A stretch of 64,000 nucleotides of DNA from Octopus vulgaris (taxonomy: Eukaryota), in contig OX597838.1 of assembly GCA_951406725.2 (NCBI GenBank), positions 18,662,001-18,726,000 on the forward strand, written 5' to 3'. The position numbers were made by a program, and so were the translations under genes. Shown here piece after piece: positions 12,839 to 27,001 of this stretch (within the stretch, counting starts at the first letter, position 1; each line of letters starts with the position of its first letter). The notes beneath the pieces were generated by a model. The model searched no databases and was not told the DNA's origin. It saw only the letters and a list, made by a program, of their open reading frames with translations.

Positions 12839-14830
12839 AGTATATATATAGTATGTGTGTGAGAGAGAGAAGGGGGGAGAGAAAGAGAGTGAGAGGGATA
12901 GAGAGCTTCCTGTCAGAAAATTCCATCTATTAAGAAGCTTCACTTCAACTTGCTAGAGATGTCGTTGTCATGGTGACAAAAACATGCAAAAAAAATGAAC
13001 AACCTGGAAACAATATAAGCGAAAGCAAAAACGGCAAAAAAAGGCAATGGCTCCCATAATAACCACAGTAGCAAGAAGAGCAACATAAGAAAAAAAAAAG
13101 AGGAATAGTAAGAACAAGAACAACGACAACAACACTTTCAATGAGGGTTTTCTAAGATTGATTGTCTAAATCAACAACAACAACAACAAAACACACCGCC
13201 TTCGCAACCACGATTTCTATCACTTCTGACGCCCCCACAAGCATTGTCACCACCATGTCCAATGTAGCTTCGAGAAACTTCATTACTACCACATACATCA
13301 ACAAGAATAGCATAACAACACATCAACGACAGCAATATAAACGTTTCCACAAGAACAGGATAAAAGTGGGAGATGATTCTTTGCTGGAATGTCAAGGTTC
13401 CGTCAACAAGTTTCCATGGAAAAACGAAGGCAGGGACTAGAAAGATGCTGAAGAAATTCGTCAGCAGAAGGAACTGGAGAGCTTAGCTTGCAGTTTCTTA
13501 ACTGAGCTGTTATAAAGCGATATGTGTCCATTTAAAACCGAAAACCTGCGGGTTTTTAATTCCACATGTATTCCAATGGGAAAACGTTTAAGAGGAGTAC
13601 GGAGCGACAAAGACTTCCAGATTTGAGCCAGGCAATGTGGCCTCTGGAAGTAAGATCCCTCACTGAAGGCTGAGCTTAAGGACACTCTATTCACCCATGC
13701 ACATAATAGGATCTATTGATCCATCCCATATACCTTCGCCAGTGTCTGGTGAAAGTTAAAATATCAGATCTCCCACCACAATTAGACATCTTTGTCGGTG
13801 TAGTTTGTGTAGTAATAGATGCTACGTAGACTTAGGGAAGGTCACTTTTTTAACCAATTGAACACACGCACTGGTTATCTTCACTTTATTCATATTATTT
13901 TTAGTTTTTACGCCTGTCCAAGTTTTTTCATCACACATTCTGTGATCTCATCAGTGACTTTCTGTCCTATGTGTCTACTTTTGTGTTGCTTATTCCACTT
14001 TGTCCTTGTGTTGTATGAATCTCTTTCAGCGCATGAATTTGTGTGGGTGAGCGTGTGTAGTGTGTTTATTGTGTGTATTCCGTGTTCATATATGTGGGTT
14101 TTTTATTAATACATTATTTGTTCTTGTGTCTTTTATTTATTTATCTTTTTTCTTCTCTTTCTCATTCCGTCTTTAGTTTGTGCATGTGTGTCTTCTGTGC
14201 GTATATAAGGATTTGTATATTACACTGTGTCGTTTATTTAAACGTAAAAGAGATAGCTTTAAAGCAAAAATAAATATGGAATCAACAACGACGAGAAAGA
14301 GCAATAATGTTCCGGTGCAGCAGTTGATTAAAAAACAAAAAATATTTCCAAAAGAAGTAGGGTCTCGAGGAACTTCTGGCGTGTGAGTGAGTGTATGTGT
14401 ATGCATGTGTGTGTGTGTGTCTGTCTGTTTGTCTGTCTGTCTGTGTGCCTCTATTTGTGTGTGCGCGAGTGTGTGGTGAGAGAACTAAGAATTTAAAGAA
14501 ATCCAGGTGAATATCTAAACCAGATCATGCGAAAAGTAAGGCAAAATAGAACGTCAAAGGGGAAAAAAATCAGAATCTATCTTAATTTAATCCATAAGGC
14601 ATTCCATATATAAACTGTAAATCCGAGAAAATACCCCAATTAATGAGATGGTTCCATTATCACAATGTATAATAGTAAACACACGAAAGGATGAAAGCAG
14701 TGGTTTACACAACTTATTAAAGGCTTTGATTGATTCAATAGCTAGTGGACACATTTCTACAATTAGTACGTGTTTGTCCTTATAAAAGAAATTATGTAAA
14801 TCCATACAATAATGTTTAATCGTGTATATA

Positions 14831-14956
<126 letters not shown>

Positions 14957-15029
14957 CAGATAGATAGATAGATAGATACATAGATTGATAGATACATAGA
15001 TAGATAGATAGATACGTTGTGTGTACATG

Positions 15030-15132
<103 letters not shown>

Positions 15133-15285
15133 TTGTGTGTTAGTATATGATTATCTATAGATTTATTTACTAACTTATTTAGTATTACTTATTGAGAATA
15201 AAGCAGTGGACGAACTCAACGTAATTCAGTGGGTTAATTACTGTTTTAGTATATGTACACACACACACAAATGTATGTATGTATG

Positions 15286-15317
<32 letters not shown>

Positions 15318-16029
15318 GGCATACATATGTCCGTTAGTATGTAAATCTGTGCTCAAGACCATATCGAGAGGTGCGAGTGGAATAGAATGGGGGGGGGGCG
15401 AATGTTTACAACTTGGACATTACTTGAAAAGCGAAAAAAAGTGATGTGAAATGAGCAGCTGAAGACAATTTCTGGCCTTATAAGGAGATTATAATGTTCT
15501 GCCATGATACCTGACTAGGGAAAAACACAGACAATGGAGATGCAAAGAAGGGGACAGTCGGGGAAGGGCGTTATAAAAACCTTTGTTAGCATCGATCTTG
15601 CATTGTGTGGCTTTCAACCAGAAACAACCTTGATTAATGGTTGATATGTTTATTATATATTTTTTTTATGATGGGAGTTGTTTGTAGATATATGTGCATC
15701 TTTGTAGTTTTATTAGTGTGTGTGTGCGTGTGTGTGTGTGTGTGTTTGTGCATGTGTGTGTGTGTGTGTGTTTCTGAACAACCACATGCACACACACAGA
15801 TATATGTATGCATAGAAGCAAACATATATATATGTACGTATATATATGTATGTATATGTGCGTGTGTGTGTGTGTGTGAATGTGTGTGTGTATATTTGTA
15901 TGTATGTATGTATGTACGTGTGTATGTATTAAATACATAACATATATGTGTATGTATGTACATATATATTCTTTTATTCTTTTACTTGTTTCAGTCATTT
16001 GACTGGGGCCACGTTGGAGCACCGCCTTT

Positions 16030-16095
<66 letters not shown>

Positions 16096-16154
16096 CATAC
16101 ATACATATATACATACATACATATATATACATACATACATATATACATACATAG

Positions 16155-16185
<31 letters not shown>

Positions 16186-16522
16186 TATGTGTGTACATGT
16201 ATGTATGTATGTATGTATGTATGTATGTATGTATGTGTGTATGTATGTATGTGTATACGTATGTACGTATGTATACGTGCGAGTGAAAGTGAAATAAATG
16301 ATCTAAGAGAAATAAGTGAGGTTTGCCAGTGGCATATTTTTACATAATGAAGATGAATGAAGGTGCATGAAATATCATAAAGGATGAATTCTCGATTCAC
16401 ACAATTATCTCCGTTTCCAAAGCAAGCAACGCAATAGGATTATTAAGAATAGTACGAACTCGAAATCAGAATCAACCATGCCATTAAAATGAAGTCGAGA
16501 CTATCAAACATAAGGTGTGAAG

Positions 16523-16720
16523 ATAAAGTAAGGCAACAGCTGTGCTAATGACGATTATTATGGCAGAAACATGTGTCTTCAGACAATTAAAATGTCTGAT
16601 AACTTTGTATTCTCTAAATCTAAGATGGCGTTAAAATAAAGACGAGACAGATAGACGGACGGACGGGTGGACAGATACATATACATATATGTACATATAT
16701 ATTCATTATATACATATATT

Positions 16721-16794
<74 letters not shown>

Positions 16795-16927
16795 ATGAAT
16801 ATATATCTGCCTCGTCTTTATTTTAACGTCATCTTAGATTTAGGGAATACAAAATTATCAGACATTTTAATTGTCTGAAGACACATGTTTCTGCCATAAT
16901 AATCGGCATTAGCACAGCTGTTGCCTT

Positions 16928-16934
<7 letters not shown>
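16523..16934. repeat. 131-bp inverted duplication around a TA-rich spacer
   Basis: 16523-16653 is the reverse complement of 16804-16934 with a few substitutions. Confidence 0.9.
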
Positions 16935-16968
<34 letters not shown>

Positions 16969-17162
16969 TTACTACCCACAAGGGGCTAAACACAGAGGGG
17001 ACAAACAAGGACATATATAAATATATATATATATATACACACATACATACATATATAAATACACACATATATATTATATATATATGTGTGTGTATGTGTG
17101 TGTATTATATATATGTAAGATGCATGCATGTTTGTCTATAATGTATATATTATACGTATATG

Positions 17163-17201
<39 letters not shown>

Positions 17202-17807
17202 CCTCATACATATTTACATAAATGAATTGTAAATGAGCTGAGAGAAATTAATGAGAATGACAATTATTTGGACAAAAGAGGCCAAGTAAGTTTGTTAAAT
17301 GATATTCAATATAAATTTTTGTTTTAATGCAATTATCTACGTTTCGAAGGAAGATAGAGCATCCCATAATAGCGATTGGTACCAACACAAAATGAGAAGA
17401 GGAGATATTTTCAAGAATGAAGGATTCTGCAAAACTGACGTTCCATTGAAGAAGAGACAGTCTGTTGTCTAAAGAAAAGAAGACACAAGCACAGGTTTCT
17501 GCCTTAGTAGGCATCATCAACGCAACAATTGTTCTCTTATTTTCAGCAGACACTTAGATATGTATTGAAAGCACGTGTGTTTACGTATTTCGTTAAAGGC
17601 ACGAAATTGCATAATTACCGTCTGGTCGATAACGGATGAGGAATTAGGGACCTTTGTCTGGTTTCCGTTTGTCTGTGCATTTAATATATTTTTTTTTTTT
17701 TTTTTGTAATTTGCTATGCTGTGTCTGTTTTCGTTTGTGCATTCACTATACATTTTTTCATTTTTATATGTATATATGTATATATGTATACATACACACA
17801 TATATAT

Positions 17808-17855
<48 letters not shown>

Positions 17856-17924
17856 GTATGTATGTATATATATGTGTATATATATGTATGTATGTATATG
17901 TATAAATATATATATGTTTGTATA

Positions 17925-17989
<65 letters not shown>

Positions 17990-18259
17990 CTTACTGTTCC
18001 GTTAACGTAGAATCAAAAAAACATATTCCATCCAATGAGAGATAAATATCATATAATGTACACAGTTTTTATTACACGCCTTTCTGACTAGCACAGATCA
18101 TGTTTTCTTTGAAGCATATAAATTACTAATTTCCTAATTTGTTGAAATCATTTTCCCTTTGTCTTTTGGCGTCACTAACAATTACCGCTAGGTTTTTGTT
18201 TGCTTTCTCCAACTAAAAGGGAATTTTCAATTAACTGAGAATAATTTTCACACAGACAG

Positions 18260-19260
18260 TATTCTGGTATATCTCCTCGTAACCTTTATGGATTCATATA
18301 ACAGGAGCATCAGAGCAGACAGAGAGACTTTGAGAACATTTTTAAAATATTAATTCTAATTCTCAAGTTTTCCATTCAACGTAGATCTAATACAAATTCA
18401 GATGACACAAGCGGCCAGGTTTTAGATATACACGAAGGAATAAGTAGCAAGTCTTAACAGCTCATTTTCATATACGATAAACCAACAACAAATGCTTACG
18501 TGTGCACAAGCAAAGCAAGTGTCCATATTGATAATAAAAATGTGTCGTAAAATCACTTCTGAGACGAGCTTTTAAAATTTCACTTACAAAAGACGCTTTA
18601 GAAAATGGAATCAATAGAATCCTACAAGAACTAATGAATAACTGATAGTTGAATGCTTCAGTAGACCGAGCTATAGAACAATAAAAGAACAAACTTGCCC
18701 ACACTAGAACACTTGCAAAAGATATAATTCACAAATACAAACGACATACATATAATATACTGCATAAAACAAATACGCCATGGTTACAGATTGGATGAAA
18801 ACAATCCCAAGGAAACTCATAAAACAAGAGCGTAAATTGTATCGCACCTAACCAGAAAATAACATTTAGAATATATTACAAAAAGCTCTGGCGTTAAAAA
18901 CCTTCTCATCAACATGTAATCACGGAGCTGCTAGTCATAAAACTTACATCCAACAACCAATATAATATACAAGTTCCAATGTAAACATGAAAGATATAAA
19001 CTCCCTGACTCAAACTGTTACACTGGACACACAAGTAAGACTGCTGACCAAGCGTTTACGAAGAACCATTACAGCGTTTTACTATACGGTACGCGGAATA
19101 AAACTATATAAGAAAAAAATTATTAGCTGATAAAGCAACCATATCATAAAGATTTCCACAAAACCTAGTAGAAGCATTAATAATAGCAAAATGTAGATAA
19201 ACATTAACAAATGCATAAACAGTAGCAATCAAGGTTCAGTCAATGGATGCTGAGAATGGC
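18260..19260 (+). mobile_element. Decayed Penelope-like element (RT C-terminus plus GIY-YIG)
   Basis: Fragments read VLDI...IYDKPT, VVKSLLRRAFKISLTKDALENGINRILQELMNN, KITFRIYYK, IIYKFQCKHE...CYTGHT; many stops and frameshifts. Confidence 0.6.
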
Positions 19261-19440
19261 TTGGAGAGAACAGACAGACATTTAAGATAATTAATGAGGG
19301 TTGTATTAATTACCACATTATTCGCATGATCTTTGCTAACTGCTATAAGTGACCAGCATCACTTCATAGCACTTAGTAAAGTTAATAGATTTGGAAAAAA
19401 CTGTAAACCCAAATTGAACGACTGCTGATTCTGCGAGTTC

Positions 19441-19864
19441 AGGCGCAGGAGTGGCTGTGTGGTAAGTAGCTTGCTAACCAACCACATGGTTCCGGGTTCA
19501 GTCCCACTGCGTGGCATCTTGGGCAAGTGTCTTCTGCTATAGCCCCGGGCCGACCAAAGCCTTGTGAGTGGATTTGGTAGACGGAAACTGAAAGAAGCCT
19601 GTCGTATATATGTATATATATATATATGTATATGTGTGTGTTTGTGTGTCTGTGTTTGTCCCCTAGCATCGCTTGACAACCGATGCTGGTGTGTTTATGT
19701 CCCCGTCACTTAGCGGTTCGGCAAAAAAGAGACCGATAGAATAAGTACTGAGCTTACAAAGAATAAGTCCCGTGGTCGAGTTGCTCGATTAAAGGCGGTG
19801 CTCCAGCATGGCCGCAGTCAAATGACTGAAACAAGTAAAAGAGAAAGAGAAAGAGAAAGAGAAA
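19441..19864 (+). mobile_element. SINE family A, full length (tRNA head, CORE-like segment, internal microsatellite)
   Basis: GGCGCAGGAGTGGCTGTGTGGTAAG...GGTTCAGTCCC...TTGGGCAAGTGTCTTCTGCTATAGCCCCGGG...GACTGAAACAAGTAAAAGAG tail. Confidence 0.92.
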
Positions 19865-19869
19865 CACGG

Positions 19870-20288
19870 TTCAACGGTGGTTCCAACGGGCCAGGGCGCA
19901 GCCGAGGTCGAGCGTTGCATAGGTGTTACCAGATCCGCATTCGTGCGCCTCTAGCGGTGCCTGTGGGACAGAAGAAAGATCTCCTCGGTGACCAAAGGGC
20001 GAATCTACCAGGCCGTCGTTCGTACTATCCTCCTACATGAGAAACATGGCCTATGAGGGTAGTCGATCAGCGAGAGCTGGAGGTGTTCGTCAATGACTGT
20101 CTCCGCCACATTCGTCGCTGCCGACGCATTGATCGGGTTCCTACAGCCGGTCTTCGTCATCACCTGAATCTCCGGCCCCTCCCTTCGGTGCTTCTATAAC
20201 GGCGCTTAAGGTGGTTCGGTCATTCGGCCCGGCGTCCAGAGGGTGAGCTAATTTGTGATGTCCTCCTCCCACCTCAACTTCCCAGCTG
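19870..20288 (+). mobile_element. RTE-clade LINE fragment (post-RT region)
   Basis: AAEVERCIG..RSAFVRL*RCLWDRRKIS..TKGRIYQAVVRTILL...ETWPMR..DQRELEVF...CLRHI...RRLRWFGHSARRPEG. Confidence 0.85.
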
Positions 20289-20387
20289 TAGTAGAAGACA
20301 CTTGCCCAAGATGCCACGCAGTGGGACTGAACCCGGAACCATGTGGTTGGTAAGCAAGCTACTTACCACACAGCCACTCCTGCGCCT
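20289..20387 (-). mobile_element. SINE family A, 5' part
   Basis: AGAAGACACTTGCCCAAG...CCACACAGCCACTCCTGCGCCT. Confidence 0.9.
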
Positions 20388-20411
20388 AAAATAAATCTTT
20401 TAAAACTTCTA

Positions 20412-20502
<91 letters not shown>

Positions 20503-22141
20503 GGCTACGGTCATATAGGATAACTTCTATACATGCAATATTTGCTTATCTGCATTTACGTATCACAAAACAAATTCATTCAACAGAATTTTATGGGTTT
20601 TGAAATTTCACTCACACACGCAGACCTCTCTACTTCTTACACTCCAAACTCATCTTTTCCTATAAATTAAACTTGAAAATCAACGAATGTGTCTTCCTCT
20701 TTCCTCATTCCATGACTTTCATTCTCTCACAAAACAAATTCATTCACCCTGAAATTCTTTACTCACAACCAAACCCTACAACTACCACATTCCTTCCCTT
20801 CTCAACCATTCTTCCCACATTTTTCCGTGACCAATCCCAAAAAAAAACAAATTAAGTTTTATGGGTCTTAAAATTTCATTTACACATGCAAACCTCCATA
20901 ACTTCGTTTCCCCACTGTCCAATTGCCATACCACTTATCCAGTCTTACAAAACACCTCCTTTGATTGACAAATTAAACTCATCCAATTTTATTTTCTAAT
21001 GACCAAATCTATTTCATTTTAATTACTTTTTTTATCCAGCTGCTCACAACCACACGTCTACGATCTAACCTAAAACAATTAGAAGAAGTCTACTTTTAAT
21101 TAAATCAAACGCGAAAACACTCCACACAGAGACTTCATACTCTTTTGAGTCAAACTTGTTCCCTATAAATGCAACCTCCATTTCTCAAAATTTCACGTGC
21201 TGACGATTCTCAACCGTGATGAAACTCCAACTTATTGTAAGCCTTTCAACGTTCCAATACCAACAATAAAAGTTTTACTTTACGAATGTTTTTCAGCCCT
21301 TCTTGCTTAAGGGACCCACACCCGGACACACTACAATTGCTGGGAACATGTGTATATGTGTCTGTAACCGTGTGTGTGGTGTCTGCCTGTTTTTCTGTGT
21401 ACATGAGTATATGTCTGTGCGTGTGTCTGTGTGTGTGTTTGTATGTGTGTGGTGTTCGTCTGTGTCGGTGTGTGTGTATGAGTGTTTGTGTGTGTGTGTG
21501 TGTGTGTCTGTGTGTGTGTCTGTGTGTCTGTGTCTGTGTCTGTGTCTGTGTGTGTGTGTGTGTGTGTGTGCGTATGTATCTGTGTGCGTGGGTATTTATG
21601 TCTGTGTCTATGTGCCTCTGTGTCTCTATCAGAACAGATATACCTGTAGCATGTATTGAAAAATCATATTTTAAATGAAACTTAATATGGAAGAGATAAA
21701 GAGAGAAATTGAAGGACAAAAGGAGAGAGGAAGAGAGAGAGACATAGAAAGAGAGAGACCGAGAGAGATAGAAAGCCGGATAAAGAACGGGGAAAGGAAA
21801 GAAACGAAAAGAGGAAGAGAATATAAAACAAAAATGCTATTAAATAACAAAAAGAGATATGAAAACCATTGTTGAAAGCCGAAGGAAATATAATTTATAC
21901 AGATTGTATAGAAGATAACCAATATGAAAAGGTTTTATATATAAAAATATCGTATCGGCGTTTGTTTGATTTTTACTTGGTACATATTGGCTAATTTCAA
22001 TGGCGGTCCACTATGCCTGTTCTTTCTAAGCGGTGTGTTCGCTTAGAGTTAGACTAGAATAGAAAATATTGCAAAAATAATTTAATAAAAAAAAAATCAC
22101 TAATGGAGAATGCATACATACACACGTAAACATACACATAT

Positions 22142-22225
<84 letters not shown>

Positions 22226-22329
22226 GTATGTATATATATATATAAATGTATATATATATATGTATATGCAGGTATGTATTTATGCATGCATGTATATATA
22301 TGTACACAGATACACATAAAAACATGTAC

Positions 22330-22394
<65 letters not shown>

Positions 22395-22462
22395 CATTCA
22401 TGTATATATATGCGTAAATATATATATACATATATATACATATGTATATATATGTATATATA

Positions 22463-22508
<46 letters not shown>

Positions 22509-22685
22509 CGTACATATACATACATGCATGTGTGTATATATATTTTATTGATCGCTGCATTTCCTTGTGTTTAGAAAAACGTCGAGTCTTTAATTCTAGC
22601 GGGTATAGAAATGGTTTTAGTGACGCGAATAGCTGGCTTTTGTTGATCAAAAGTTTTCTTGTCATGCTAGTTAAACATAAAGCCT

Positions 22686-22722
22686 GGTTGTTGTTGTTGT
22701 TGATGTCGGCGTCGTCGTCGTC

Positions 22723-22755
<33 letters not shown>

Positions 22756-23121
22756 AAGTTGGTGGTGTTGGTAGCACTAGTAATGGTGGTGGTGGTAGTA
22801 GTAGTAGTAGTAGTGGCGGTGGTGGTGGTGGTGGTGGTGGTGGCTGTGGCGGTAGCGGTGGTGGTAGTGGTAGAAGTAGTAATAGTAGTAGCGGTGGTAG
22901 TTGCAGCACAGCAGCAGCAGTAGTAGTAGTTGTTGCAGTGGCTGTGGTAGTAGTAGTAGTAGTAGTAATAGTAGTAGTAGTAGCAGTGATGGTGGTGGTG
23001 GTGGTGGTGGTGGTGGTAGCACTAGTAATGGTGGTGGTGGTAGTAGTAGTAGTAGTGGTGGTGGTGGTGGTGGTTGCGGCGGTGGCGGCGGTGGCGGTAC
23101 GGTAGTGGTAATGGTAGTGTC

Positions 23122-23201
<80 letters not shown>

Positions 23202-23230
23202 CAGCAGCAGTAGCAGCAGCAACAGCAGCG
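22686..23230. repeat. Compound trinucleotide repeat (GTA/GGT/GCA)
   Basis: Direct inspection; contains an internal block duplication (GGTAGCACTAGTAATGGTGG twice). Confidence 0.9.
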
Positions 23231-23677
23231 TTTCTGTTTTGTGCTGCAGTCACTTATCGATGATTCTTCTCTCCCTATTACAATTCTTTTTTGTTTGTTT
23301 CTTGTCTTTTTCCCATCAATGGCACCAACAAGTGAGTCTTTTATTCTCTGTTGCCTGCTGCCTTGATTTTTGTCTTAGAAAATGGAATCCTATAGAATAC
23401 GACGTGAATATGATTCCAAGATAAAGATGACTTCACAAAAACCGAACAGCGGTGTCTGCACCGATAAATATTTATCTCGTTACACTAGGTTTTACATACG
23501 TATACTTCCATACAGGAAGAGTGTGTCAGAGCGCAGCGGGGGAGGTGTGCCGCGTACGCTGTATCTGGCCATCCATATTCGAAAAATCTGGATGGCATTA
23601 TTATGTGTGTGCGTGTGGGTGTATGTGTGTGTGTGTGCGAATGTAGGCACGCATACACACACACATTCATATATACA

Positions 23678-23775
<98 letters not shown>

Positions 23776-24026
23776 CGTATGTGCTTGTGTTTTCCTGGTT
23801 TTCAGTTTTCAAATTCCTCATCACTGGGGAAATAGTTGTAATTTAAACATAAGCAGAGGTGTCTTGTGTGTATGTAGATATTTATGTGTGTGTATATGTG
23901 TGTGTGTGTATATGGGTGTGTGTGTGGAGAGAGAGAGAAAGAGACAAACAGACAGACAGACAGACAGATAGTGACAGACAGATAGACAGACAGAGACAAA
24001 AAGAAACAAAGACAGACACACACAAG

Positions 24027-24095
<69 letters not shown>

Positions 24096-24730
24096 TTAGA
24101 GACAAAACCACTATTAGGCAAATCAAACAATAGAAAAACTTAAGCCAATAAATATATATATATATATATATATATACATACATATATCTATATTCTGTTT
24201 TTAATTATTTTGAATCTTCTTGTAAGGAAGGAGTTGGCTTCTAACAAAGACCGTAAAATTCCGTCGTTGGAACAAAACAGCGTCACATATTGTCACTGCT
24301 CCGCTTACAGTTTGTCTTTACAATATGGCTGTTAACTGGCTGATTGTGTTCTCTTAACACTATCTTTTCCAGAATCTCACTTAGTTTTTTTTCACTCACA
24401 CAGTCAAGTGCATCGATTATTATGGGTATAAACGAGAATTTATAAGGCTTCTAAGCAGTTCTTAGTTATCCTTTTTTCTGTTTGATTTCCTGGAGCGATA
24501 TTCACATCTGCAGTACAGCTGACCTCTCAAACGGTACAGACATTTTTTGTAGCCTGTTCCAAACAACTACATCCTGTCTGTTATGTTTGCACTATGTATG
24601 TATGTATGTATGTATGTATGTATGTATGTATGTATGTATGTATGTATGTATGTATGTACGCATATATGTAAATGTATATATGCATGTATGTATGTATGTA
24701 TGCATGTATGTATGTATGTATATATGTATG

Positions 24731-24762
<32 letters not shown>

Positions 24763-25438
24763 TATATGTATGTACGTATATATGTATGTATATATGTATG
24801 TATATATGTATGTATATATGTATGTACGTATATATGTAAATGTATATATGTATGTATGTATGTTTATATATGTATATATGTATGTATGTATATATGTATG
24901 TATATATTTATGTATGTATGTATGTATATATGTATGTATATTTGTATGTATGTATATATGTATGTATATATGTATATATATGTATATGTGTATGTATAAA
25001 TGTATGTATGTATGTATGTATGTATGTATGTACGCATACGTGTACACATGTATGCATATATTTATGTATCGGCACACATGTGCACAGGCATCGCTATCAG
25101 TGGATATGCGGGTCTTACTACACGCCAAATTTCATGAATGTTTCACATATTTTAACAGTACCTTTGATAGCTTGTAACTATAACGATCTGGCTAGATGTC
25201 TTCTTTCTGGTTTTGTAAATACTAGCTTCTTAGGATTAATACGCTGACAGTAAATGACATAGCTAAGTGTTCCTCCAATAATTATTTGTAGAAATTTATA
25301 GTTACAGTCCGAATCGGGTTATCGGCAGATTCCTCCGTATTTTGGTATAGTTGTTATTTAGCTGCATCCCTATCTACAACTGAACTACAACACAGAACCA
25401 CAACAGCTATGTTATTTATTTAGTCTCAGAAATACGAT

Positions 25439-26034
25439 GGCGAGCTAGCAGAAACGTTAGCACGCCGGGCGAAATGCTTTACGGCATTTCGTCTGCCGCT
25501 ACGTTCTGAGTTCAAATTCCGCCGAAGTCGACTTTACCTTTCATCTTTTCAGGGTCGATAAATTAAGTACCAGTTACGCACTGGGGTCGATATAATCGAC
25601 TTAATCCGTTTGTCTGTCTTTGTTTGTCCTCTCTGTTTAGCCCCTTGTGGGTAGTAAAGAAATAGGTATTTAGTTTGCCGCTACGTTCTGAGTGCAAATT
25701 CCACCGAGGTCGACTTTGCCTTTCATCCTTTCGGGGTCGATTAAATAAGTACTAGTTACCCACTGGGGGTTGATGTAATCGACTTAATCTGTTTGTCTGT
25801 CCTTGTTTGTCCTCTCTGTGTTTAGCCCCTTGTGGGTAGTAAAAGAAACAGGTATTTCGTCTGCCGCTACGTTCTGAGTTCAAATTCCACCGAGGTCGAC
25901 TTTGCTTTTCATCCTTTCGGGGTCGATAAATTAAGTACCAGTTACGCACTGGGGTCGATGTAATCTACTTAATCCATTTGTCTGTCCTTGTTTGTCCCCT
26001 CTATGTTTAACCCCTTGTGGGCAATAAATAAATA
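25439..26034 (+). mobile_element. SINE family B trimer: one head plus three ~184-bp body units, with TSD
   Basis: Units start at 25483, 25665 and 25851; AGAAATACGATGG at 25428-25440 and 26035-26047. Confidence 0.92.
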
Positions 26035-26689
26035 AGAAATACGATGGATGAATGAAAGCGAGGACGTTCTTGAGCTGTATGTCTTCTTTGATATAGATCT
26101 GCTCGGTCGGGACTGACCTGGTGTTAAACTACAACAACGCAAAACAACACAGCACTAACGTTGGGAAACGAACAACATTTCAGGTTGTTCAGACATCGTC
26201 GGCCCCGGAATGATTCTCCTGACTCCATTACAGGGTTTATTGATTTCAGAAACACTCTATTCTCTCGGCCGTGTTTATTAATCACGTCTCATTGAAATCC
26301 ATACTTGTCCAATAATTAGACCGGGCTCGATGTATTATAGACTCGTTTCAGGAACCAATATGGCATATTAATGGAAGCTGAACGAATGGCGTAGATATGA
26401 TACCCTGTTAGAAAACTGTATGGAAAACGAGGAGAAGGAAAACGAGGAGGCTCCATGAAAAGAAAATATATACAAAAAATATGAAAATATGGAATATAAA
26501 AAAAATGCTCACCTTCGTAACTGAATCCCAGAGTTTTGTACGTTATCTTGGAATTTAACCCCAAAGATTGGATGGTGAAGGAAACAGATTTTTTCCTCTC
26601 TATCCAGTGGAAATGTGATATGAAAATACCTTCTCCCAGTCAATATATTATCGTCTCTTTCTCTCCCTCTCACCGTCTTTTTCTTTGCA

Positions 26690-26738
<49 letters not shown>

Positions 26739-26916
26739 TTTCACGCACGCATGTTTGTATGTCTTTTTACTTCCGCCTTTCACCCTTCTCAATTTCTATT
26801 TATTTCTATTTATAACGATTTCCCTCTCCTCCCTATCCATATATCTCTATTTCTCTATCTCTGTCTCCCCCTCTCCCTCTCACTCCCCTCTCTCTCACTC
26901 CCCTCTCCCTCTCTCT

Positions 26917-26957
<41 letters not shown>

Positions 26958-26960
26958 CTT

Positions 26961-27001
<41 letters not shown>

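Noticed and set aside
13162-13780. Non-repetitive stretch with 74-92-aa ORFs
   Set aside because: Only short ORFs, no recognisable motif and no convincing splice sites; may be an old TE but cannot be assigned.
25439-26034. SINE-B arrays as CRISPR or as hammerhead retrozymes
   Set aside because: No unique spacers or cas genes; I found no CUGANGA...GAAA core on either strand of the unit.
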